Shown here: piece by piece, positions 57,028 through 64,000 of the stretch
Layout of the letters: every line of letters begins with the position of its first letter
Numbering within the stretch: position 1 is the first letter of the stretch
NCBI GenBank assembly: GCA_030456445.1
Contig: JAKDNM010000003.1
Coordinates: forward strand, 4,981 to 68,980
Direction: 5' to 3'
Source: Hyphomicrobiales bacterium
Lineage (GTDB): Bacteria > Pseudomonadota > Alphaproteobacteria > Rhizobiales > Rhizobiaceae
DNA length: 64,000 nucleotides
The notes under the pieces: generated by a model
The model's input: the letters and a program-made list of their open reading frames with translations, nothing else
What the model was told of the DNA's origin: nothing
Databases searched by the model: none
Position numbers and translations under genes: made by a program

Positions 57028-59079
57028 CTATCGCAACGCCGCCGCGATATTCCCGCCGTCCACCGTGGTCACATCCGCCGTCGTGCGCTCCGCCAGCGCC
57101 TGATGCAAAAAAGCCTGGGCGACATGCCCGGCCTTCACCTCCTCGTGCAGAAGATTGCCGGCCATGTAGTCCTTTTCCGAGACGCCGCGCGCCTTCGACC
57201 GGCTGGCGATCATGGCGTCGTCAAGCAAGCCGGAGCGGATGCGGTCGGCGTTGACGGCGTTGGAGCGGACGCCGATCGCGCCATATTCCAGCGCGTATTG
57301 CCTAGACAGGAACAATGTCGCTGCCTTGGGCAGGCCGTAGGCGCCGAAATTGGCGCCCGGATTGACTGCCTGTTTCGACGTGTTGAAGAGAAGCACGCCA
57401 CCCGTGCCCTGCTCCTTGAAGATGCGGACCGCGTTCTGCGCCACGCTTTGATGCGAGAAGAAATTCAGCTCGAAACTCTTGCGCAACAGCGCGTCATCGA
57501 TGTCCCCGATCTTGCCTTCGAAGGCTGCACCGGCATTCGAGACGACGAGATCGACACCGCCGAAATTCTTCACCGCCGCGTCGAAGGCGGCGCGGACGGA
57601 TTTCGGATCGGTCACGTCGCAGGCGACGCCGATGGAACCGTTGCCGGCAGCCTTGGCGGCGGCTTCGGCCCTGCCGCCGTCGAGATCGGCCACGACGACA
57701 TGCGCTCCGGTGTCGGCAAAGAGTTTCGCGGCCGCCGCACCGATTGCGCCGCCGCCGCCGGTGACGAGCAGCACCTGCCCGGTGAGCGGCTTGGGCTTGT
57801 TTCCAGCAAGCTTCGCCTGCTCCAGCGACCAGTATTCCAGCTCGAACAGGTCGGACATGGGCAACGGATGGAAAGTACCGGCCGCTTCCGCGCCCCAGAC
57901 CGCCTCGATCCACATCTCGCCGATATCGGACGCGATGCGCGCGTCCTTCAACGTGCGGCCGAAGCCGAACATGCCGAGCCCCGGCACCAGCGCCAGCCTC
58001 GGCATCGGATCGAGCATGGTGCGGGCGACGTCGTCGCGGGCGTTATTGGTGGCAAAGTAGTCGATGTAGTCGGCGACGTATTTCGCCACGCGCGCCTTCA
58101 CCTTCGCCGCATAACCGGCGGCGTCGCCGCCTTCGGGCGCATCGAGGACCAGCGGCCCGGTCTTGATGCGGATCGACAGGTCGGGCGTGCTGACGCCCGA
58201 TGCCGCCAGCCGCTCGAGGTCGGCATTGGACAGGAACTCCACGATCTTCGGCGAGGTGCGGAAATCGGTGACGAAGCGGTCGAAACCGCCCTCGCCGCGT
58301 GGGAAGGCGACAGCGCCGCGCAGCATCGGCGCGATTTCTTCCGGCCGCGCCAGTTTCGCCGGCAGGGCGGCCTTCTTGCCTGGCCTGGCCTTGGAAGCGA
58401 TATATTGTTCCGCTACCGTAACGTAGTGGATCATGCGGTCGTAGGCCTGCCGCGCATCGTCGCCGAAGGTGAAGATGCCATGCTTGTCGAGGATCAGCCC
58501 TTCGACGCCCGTATCCTGCTCGTAGATATCGGCGGCGGCCCTGGCGAGGTCGAAGCCCGGCTTGATATAGGGCACGAAGCCCATCTTCGGCCCGAAGACC
58601 TCGCGGCAGAGCGGTTCGCTGTCTTCCTGGTCGACGATGCCGAGGATGGCGGTCGAATGCGTATGGTCGACGAATTTGTGCGGCAGGAAGGCGTGAAGCA
58701 GCGTCTCGACCGAAGGGTTCGGGGAGGACGGGTCGATCAAATTGGCGCGTTGCAGCGCCACCATGTCCTCGTCGGAGAGTTTTTCCAGCGCGCGCGCCTT
58801 CAAAAGCGGCTTCAGCTTGACGGCGGGCAGGCCGGCAGGCTCGATGACACCCATGTCCCAGCCGCTGCCCTTGACGCAGAGCACGTCCCATTCGTCGCCG
58901 ATGAGATCCGCCATCCGAAGCTTGACCGATGTATTGCCGCCGCCATGCAGGACCAGCCTCGACTCGCCGCCCAGCAGCCTGGTCGTATAGACACGCAGCG
59001 CCAGGTCACGCCCGATGCCCTTTGCCGCATAAGCCGCAACGAGCGCCTCGGCCTCTTCGTCCTTCCACAGATTGAGCAT
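57028..59079 (-). CDS. Bifunctional class II aldolase / short-chain dehydrogenase
   Basis: HGGGNTSVK, KGSGWD, PSVETLLH, DHTHS, HG metal motifs; SDR TGGGGAIG, SNAG, YGLPK. Confidence 0.9.
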   Translation of the reverse strand: MLNLWKDEEAEALVAAYAAKGIGRDLALRVYTTRLLGGESRLVLHGGGNTSVKLRMADLIGDEWDVLCVKGSGWDMGVIEPAGLPAVKLKPLLKARALEKLSDEDMVALQRANLIDPSSPNPSVETLLHAFLPHKFVDHTHSTAILGIVDQEDSEPLCREVFGPKMGFVPYIKPGFDLARAAADIYEQDTGVEGLILDKHGIFTFGDDARQAYDRMIHYVTVAEQYIASKARPGKKAALPAKLARPEEIAPMLRGAVAFPRGEGGFDRFVTDFRTSPKIVEFLSNADLERLAASGVSTPDLSIRIKTGPLVLDAPEGGDAAGYAAKVKARVAKYVADYIDYFATNNARDDVARTMLDPMPRLALVPGLGMFGFGRTLKDARIASDIGEMWIEAVWGAEAAGTFHPLPMSDLFELEYWSLEQAKLAGNKPKPLTGQVLLVTGGGGAIGAAAAKLFADTGAHVVVADLDGGRAEAAAKAAGNGSIGVACDVTDPKSVRAAFDAAVKNFGGVDLVVSNAGAAFEGKIGDIDDALLRKSFELNFFSHQSVAQNAVRIFKEQGTGGVLLFNTSKQAVNPGANFGAYGLPKAATLFLSRQYALEYGAIGVRSNAVNADRIRSGLLDDAMIASRSKARGVSEKDYMAGNLLHEEVKAGHVAQAFLHQALAERTTADVTTVDGGNIAAALR

Positions 59080-59179
59080 TCCAGCCTTTCCCCCGCCGGC
59101 GTGCGGCGGCATCTCTTCTTCCTGATCGGAATAGGGGGCTCGGGCCTTTCATTCAAGCCGGATGTGTTTGGCGGCGAAC

Positions 59180-59716
59180 CTACCTTATCAACGCAGCGAT
59201 CTCGCGGAAGTGGGAATCGGCCGCCGTGCCCAGCCATTCGAACAGGGCCATTTCGGTGGTCACGATCTCGGCGCCATGGCGGCGCATGCGCTCGATAGCG
59301 GCCTCCTTGCTTTCCGCCCGGCGCGAGCCGATCGCGTCGCGAACCACGTAAACGGCATGGCCGGCGTCGATCAGGCCGAGCACCGTCTGCAGCACGCAGA
59401 CATGCGCCTCGCAGCCGGCAACGAGGATATCGGGGCGATCCTTCGGCAGAAGCTCGAAGAAGCCGTCGGCGCGGGCGGCGTCGAACTCCATCTTGGCAAG
59501 CGTCGGCAGGCCTTCGACGGCGAGTTCCGGCACGGTCGGGCCAAGCCCCTTCGGGTTCTGCTCTGTGACGACCGCCGGCACGCCGAGTCTTTTCGCGGCC
59601 TCGATCAGCCTTCCGGCATTGACAAGCACGCCGCTCGCGCCGTCGATCGCCGGCATCAGCCTCTGCTGGAAGTCGATCACCAGAAGCGTGGTGCGGTCGC
59701 GGTCGATCGTCCTCAT
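59180..59716 (-). CDS. Isochorismatase family hydrolase (YcaC-like)
   Basis: LVIDFQ, TEQNPKGLG, GCEAHVCVLQT. Confidence 0.9.
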   Translation of the reverse strand: MRTIDRDRTTLLVIDFQQRLMPAIDGASGVLVNAGRLIEAAKRLGVPAVVTEQNPKGLGPTVPELAVEGLPTLAKMEFDAARADGFFELLPKDRPDILVAGCEAHVCVLQTVLGLIDAGHAVYVVRDAIGSRRAESKEAAIERMRRHGAEIVTTEMALFEWLGTAADSHFREIAALIR

Positions 59717-60354
59717 CGTGCATCTCCCTTGGCGAGCAACGCCGCCCGCCGCGCAATCGCTTCTACCATCAATTCGCGCGCCGAGGCGCCGAACATGCGA
59801 ATGCGGCCGGTATGGGCGAGGAGAAGCAGGCCGGTCGCATGGGCGAAGAGGTCGGCGACCGTGAGGTTGGCGGCCGTCTCGTCGCAGCCCAGCGCGCGCG
59901 CGGCCTCGCCGATCGGCGAAAGGGCGGCCTGAAGCGCGGCGTTCAGCGCCTTGTCGCGCTCGCGGCCGACGCCTTTCGGGCGCATGCCGCCGCGAAACAG
60001 ATAGAAGCCGAGATCGAGATCGCGCGGGTTCTCGGCATAGAAGTCGAAAAAGGCAAGGGCCGCCGCCGAAAGCTTCGCCCCCGGTTCTTTCGGCTTCGAC
60101 GCAGCGGCTCCGATCGCTTCGGCGAGCCGTGCAACCGAGGCGGAAAGCACTTCGGCATAGAGCGCCTCCTTCGAATCGAAATGGAAATAAAGCGCGGCCG
60201 GCGTGTAGCCGGCCGCCGCCGCGATACCCCGCAAGGACGCCGTCTCCAGCCCATCCGCCTCGAAGATCTGCCGCGCAGCATCGAGGATGCGCTCGCGCTT
60301 GGCTTCGGTGGCGGCCTGTCTTCGAGGCACTGTCGGGCTTGCGGCCAATACCAT
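59713..60354 (-). CDS. TetR/AcrR family regulator
   Basis: ILDAARQIF...SLRGIAAAAGYTPAALYFHF HTH; only the last 213 codons of the 688-aa track ORF are real. Confidence 0.9.
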   Translation of the reverse strand: MVLAASPTVPRRQAATEAKRERILDAARQIFEADGLETASLRGIAAAAGYTPAALYFHFDSKEALYAEVLSASVARLAEAIGAAASKPKEPGAKLSAAALAFFDFYAENPRDLDLGFYLFRGGMRPKGVGRERDKALNAALQAALSPIGEAARALGCDETAANLTVADLFAHATGLLLLAHTGRIRMFGASARELMVEAIARRAALLAKGDAR

Positions 60355-60400
60355 TCTAACGCCGTTAAAGTTTTCGCTTGACGTTTTTCTAACGCTGTTC
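60354..60400. promoter_or_regulatory. Divergent promoter with repeated operator
   Basis: TTCTAACGCCGTTA 60354-60367 and TTCTAACGCTGTTC 60387-60400 flank TTGACG 60378-60383. Confidence 0.55.
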
Positions 60401-60444
60401 GATTTTATCCGCAAGCCGTGAAACGGACAATCGGAGATCACGCC

Positions 60445-62001
60445 ATGCTGATGACCGCCGCCGACTATCGAGAGTCGCTTCGCGCCTATAAGCCGCGCGT
60501 CTTCGTCGAGGGCGAGCGCATCGAAAGCGTGGCGGATTCGGCCATCCTGAGGCCGGGTATCAACGCCATCGGCGTCACCTACGACCTCGCCCATGTCGCC
60601 GAGCACGCGGAGGTGATGACCGCGCGCCAGCATACGTCCGGCAAGATCGTGAACCGCATGGTGCATGTCGACCGGGATTCGGCGGATCTTCTGGCCAAGC
60701 TCGAAGCCGTGCGCCTTGCCTGCAAGATTTCGGGCTGCGCCCAGCGCTACCTCACCCATGATGCCTTCTGCGGCATCTTCCAGGCCACGCGCCTTGCCGA
60801 CGACGTGCATAAAACCGATTACCACCAGCGCTTCCTCGCCTATATGCACGACGTTCAGGATCGCGACCTGACCCTTGGCGTCGCCATGACCGACGCCAAG
60901 GGCGACCGCGCGAAACGGCCGGGCCAGCAGGCCAACCGCGACGCCTATGTCCACATCAAGGAGCGGCGGAAGGACGGCATCGTCATCTCCGGCGCCAAGG
61001 CGATCGTCACCGGCGCGCCCTACATGCACGAGTTCCTCGTCATGCCGTGCCGCACGCACACGAAGGAAGACGCCGATTTCGCCGTGTGCTGCGCCGTGCC
61101 GGTCGATGCGGAGGGCGTCACGATCGTCGCGCGCAAGGCCGGAAGGCCGGGCGAGCCGGCGGCGAAATTCTCCGGCAAATACGGCCAGTCCACCGGCGTG
61201 GTGCTGTTCGAGAACGTGTTCGTGCCGTGGGAGCGCGTCTTCATGGCCGGCGAGACCGAGGAGGCGGGGTATCTCACCACCTCCTACGCCACCCATCACC
61301 GGCAGACCTGCATCGGCGCGCGGGCCGGCTTCGGCGATCTCCTGATCGGCGCCGGCGCGCTGATGATCGAGGCAAATGGCCTCGATCCCGACAAGCACGG
61401 CCATATCCGCGAACAGATGGTGGAACTGATCAAGATCGTCGAGGGCTTTTACGCCTGCGGCATCGCCGCTTCCGTTCATGCCACGCGCGAGACGGCCGGC
61501 AATGTCATGCCGGATGTCGTCTTCTCCAATATCGGCAAGCTTCTGCTCGCCACCCAGATATACGACATGCATCGGCTCGCCCATACCGTCTCGGGCGGGC
61601 TGATCGTCACACTGCCGGGGCCGGCGGAAGATCACAATCCCGAGACCGCCGGCTCGCTCGCCGCCGTGCTCGGAGCACGCGCGGACATTCCCTATGCCAG
61701 CCGCATGGAGGCGGCGCGCTTCGTGGAAGATTTGACCGTCTCCGACCAGGCCGGCTGGTATTCGGTGATCTCGCTGCATGGCGGCGGCTCGCCGGAGGCG
61801 ATGAAACGCGAGATCTGGCGCAACTACCCCGTAATGGAGAAGGTCGAACTGGTCGAGGCGCTTCTGGAGCGCGGCGTACTCGACGATGGCAGGCGCGTGT
61901 CCAGACAGCCCGGCCGCTGCTGCGTTTCGGGATGCACCGTGCGCGACCTTCCGGGCGTGGAAGCCAAGCCGACGCTTGCGGTTTCCGAGGCCGCGGAATA
62001 G
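60445..62001 (+). CDS. 4-hydroxybutyryl-CoA dehydratase / HpaB-fold flavoprotein with atypical ligands
   Basis: MLMTAADYRESL, AMTDAKGDR, SGAKAIVTG, FENVFVPWERVF, HRQ, SLHGGGSP. Confidence 0.85.
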   Translation: MLMTAADYRESLRAYKPRVFVEGERIESVADSAILRPGINAIGVTYDLAHVAEHAEVMTARQHTSGKIVNRMVHVDRDSADLLAKLEAVRLACKISGCAQRYLTHDAFCGIFQATRLADDVHKTDYHQRFLAYMHDVQDRDLTLGVAMTDAKGDRAKRPGQQANRDAYVHIKERRKDGIVISGAKAIVTGAPYMHEFLVMPCRTHTKEDADFAVCCAVPVDAEGVTIVARKAGRPGEPAAKFSGKYGQSTGVVLFENVFVPWERVFMAGETEEAGYLTTSYATHHRQTCIGARAGFGDLLIGAGALMIEANGLDPDKHGHIREQMVELIKIVEGFYACGIAASVHATRETAGNVMPDVVFSNIGKLLLATQIYDMHRLAHTVSGGLIVTLPGPAEDHNPETAGSLAAVLGARADIPYASRMEAARFVEDLTVSDQAGWYSVISLHGGGSPEAMKREIWRNYPVMEKVELVEALLERGVLDDGRRVSRQPGRCCVSGCTVRDLPGVEAKPTLAVSEAAE

Positions 62002-62038
62002 ACCTCTCCCGGTTTGTCAGTCTGGGGCAGGAACGACT

Positions 62039-62710
62039 ATGGACGAGAGCGCGAGCAATCAAGGAACGACCACGGTCGACTGGTATTTCGATCTGGTATC
62101 GCCCTTCGCCTTCCTGCAGCTAAATTCGCTTGACCGCCTCCCGAAAGGGCTGAAGATCGTGCCGAAGCCGGTGCTTCTCGGCGCCATCCTCGGCCATTGG
62201 GGGCAGCTTGGCCCCGCCGAGATCGGTCCGAAGCGGCTCCACACCTACCGGCTGGCGCAGTGGATCGCCTCGGAGCGAGGCATCCGCTTCACCATGCCCG
62301 AGCGCCACCCGTTCAACCCGCTGAAGGCGTTGCGCATGCTCGCCGCGCTCGGCCCCGATTTGCAGACGGTGCGGCGCGCCTTCGATTTCGTCTTCGTGGA
62401 GGGCCGCGCGCCGGACACCGACGAGGCGATAGAGGATTTCGGCCGCTATCTCATGGTCTCCGGTGCCCCTATCGAGCTTGCCGGCGAGCAATCGGCTAAG
62501 GACAGGCTGAGGCAACTGACCGACGAGGCGATCGACCGGGGGGTGTTCGGCGTTCCGACCTTCCATGTCGACGGCGAATTGTTCTGGGGTGACGACGCCA
62601 CGGGCATGCTTGCCGCCTACCTGAACGACCGATCCTTTTTCAAGAAAGGCGAGATGGCCCGCATCGCCACGCTGCCGGTGGGCATCCAGCGGAACACGGG
62701 GCGTTCGTAG
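62039..62710 (+). CDS. 2-hydroxychromene-2-carboxylate isomerase / GST-kappa (DsbA family)
   Basis: WYFDLVSPFAFL, RGVFGVPTF, LFWGDD. Confidence 0.88.
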   Translation: MDESASNQGTTTVDWYFDLVSPFAFLQLNSLDRLPKGLKIVPKPVLLGAILGHWGQLGPAEIGPKRLHTYRLAQWIASERGIRFTMPERHPFNPLKALRMLAALGPDLQTVRRAFDFVFVEGRAPDTDEAIEDFGRYLMVSGAPIELAGEQSAKDRLRQLTDEAIDRGVFGVPTFHVDGELFWGDDATGMLAAYLNDRSFFKKGEMARIATLPVGIQRNTGRS

Positions 62711-62738
62711 AGGTCGCCTCTCAAACGGTCCGATGGCG

Positions 62739-63428
62739 TTATTCCGGCTTGCCGCCGCCGATGCCGAACTCCTCCGCGTCGCGGAAAAGTTCGCCATGGT
62801 CCAGCCGCGAAACCTCGATCACGGCCTGCGTGCGGCTATAGACGTGAAGCTTGCGCAATATCTCCGACACATGCGCCTTCACCGTCGTCTCGCCCACCTG
62901 CAACTCGTAGGCGATCTGCTTGTTGAGCAGCCCCTGCCTGAGCATGCCGAGCACCCGCATCTGCTGGGGCGTCAGCGTGGCCAAACGACGCGCAAGCTCG
63001 GCGCGATCTTCGCGCCCCGGATCGTCCGGCTGCTCGGCGAAATCGCGCGGCACGCAGACTTCGCCTTCCATCACCTCGCGGATGGCCCTGACAAGATCGT
63101 CCTTGCGGGCGGATTTCGGGATGAAGCCCGCCGCGCCGTAGGAAAGCGTTTCCGACACGACACGCGGGTCCTCATGGCCCGACACGACGACGACCGGCAG
63201 GCGCGGATAGCGCGTGCGGATGGTCAACAGCCCCTCGAAGCCCTGGACGCCGGGGATCGACAGATCGAGCAGCGCGAGATCGAAATCCTGTCCCTCTTCG
63301 AGCACATCGAGTGCTTCCTCGATCAGCCGCGCCTCGACCGTCTCGGCATCCGGATAGGCAAGCTGCAACGCGCTCTGGAGGGCTTCGCGGAACAGAGGGT
63401 GGTCGTCGACGATGAGGAAACGCAGCAT
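62739..63428 (-). CDS. NarL/LuxR family response regulator, ErbR/AgmR-like
   Basis: LIVDDHPLFREA, LLDLSIPG, GFIPKS, LTPQQ...NKQIAYEL...ETTVKAHVSEILRKL. Confidence 0.92.
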   Translation of the reverse strand: MLRFLIVDDHPLFREALQSALQLAYPDAETVEARLIEEALDVLEEGQDFDLALLDLSIPGVQGFEGLLTIRTRYPRLPVVVVSGHEDPRVVSETLSYGAAGFIPKSARKDDLVRAIREVMEGEVCVPRDFAEQPDDPGREDRAELARRLATLTPQQMRVLGMLRQGLLNKQIAYELQVGETTVKAHVSEILRKLHVYSRTQAVIEVSRLDHGELFRDAEEFGIGGGKPE

Positions 63429-63488
63429 GACCCCTCATACACCATTGTGGCGGGACCGTCTTTTGGCATCAAGTACACATTCGGCGGC

Positions 63489-64000
63489 TCAGCCGACGAA
63501 GGCGCGCTCCACCACGAAATCGGCGGGCTGGCTATGCGAGCCTTCGGTAAAGCCGGCCTTCTCCACCAGTGCCTTGACGTCGTGCAGCATGGCCATCGAG
63601 CCGCAGATCATGACGCGGTCGCCGGCGGGATCGAACGGCGCCGCGCCGATATCCGTAAAGAGCCGGCCTTCCTCGATCAGCGCCGTGATACGGCCCATGC
63701 GCGGGAACTTCCCCCTGGTCGTCGAAGCGTAATAGGTGAGCCGGCCATTGGTCAGTTCGCCGATCAGCGGGTCCTCGACGCTCTGCCGGTAGAGCCCGGC
63801 GCCATATTCGAGTTCGGCGACATCGCGGCAGGTATGGGTAAGCACGATCTGGCCGAATTTTTCGTAGGTCTCGGGATCGCGGATGAGGCTGGCGAAGGGC
63901 GCGATGCCGGTGCCGGTCGAGATCATGTAGAGGCGCTTGCCCGGCGTCAGCGCGTCGAGCACCAGCGTGCCCGTCGCTTTCTGGCGCAGAAGCACCGTAT
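63489..64000 (-). CDS. fpr: Ferredoxin-NADP+ reductase, 3' part (cut by window edge)
   Basis: KATGTLVLDAL, STGTGIAPF, MICGS, C-terminal VVERAFVG. Confidence 0.92.
   Translation of the reverse strand, partial: TVLLRQKATGTLVLDALTPGKRLYMISTGTGIAPFASLIRDPETYEKFGQIVLTHTCRDVAELEYGAGLYRQSVEDPLIGELTNGRLTYYASTTRGKFPRMGRITALIEEGRLFTDIGAAPFDPAGDRVMICGSMAMLHDVKALVEKAGFTEGSHSQPADFVVERAFVG

Noticed and set aside
59080-59179. SAM riboswitch upstream of the mtn operon
   Set aside because: No SAM-II/SAM-alpha consensus recognisable on the minus strand
60355-61779. N-terminal 475 codons of the 688-aa minus-strand ORF
   Set aside because: Antisense shadow of the AbfD-like gene; only the TetR part from 60354 has family motifs
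51835-63480. Shared TGTACTT heptamer upstream of the FIST gene and of the ErbR-like regulator
   Set aside because: A 7-bp match between two regions is not distinguishable from chance

Overview
GC-rich alphaproteobacterial (Rhizobiales-like) chromosome segment. Bases 1-863 hold the tail of an arsenic-resistance operon: an arsC 3' end, an AqpS-like aquaporin and a decayed, truncated second arsC. Bases ~970-43.8k form a ~43 kb, entirely plus-strand, 36-gene catabolic island built around acyl-CoA chemistry. It has 2 CoA ligases, 3 family III CoA-transferase/racemase proteins, 3 thiolase-fold proteins lacking the catalytic Cys with 2 DUF35 partners, an acyl-CoA dehydrogenase, 2 crotonases, a TPP enzyme, a cyclase, an FMO, ADH/ALDH, a single-chain hydantoinase/oxoprolinase, TRAP and Liv-type transporters, TetR plus 2 IclR regulators, and a split B12-dependent acyl-CoA mutase with MeaB whose active-site residues appear non-canonical. 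The island is bounded on the right by an IS3-family remnant. A 12-bp palindrome (TACYnATnRGTA), often in 20-bp-phased pairs, recurs 14 times in 8 of its intergenic regions. Bases 44-64k look like core genome: a Gfo/Idh/MocA oxidoreductase, a sugar-phosphate isomerase, gndA, form II coxSLM, a divergent FIST/NosP-like sensor with a hybrid kinase, an mtnK-mtnA-aldolase/SDR operon, an isochorismatase, TetR, an AbfD/HpaB-fold protein with altered metal ligands, a GST-kappa/DsbA protein, an ErbR/AgmR-like response regulator and a partial fpr. No rRNA, tRNA, CRISPR array or integrase was seen. Protein family calls come from motifs read by eye and from remembered reference sequences; no database search or GC computation was run.
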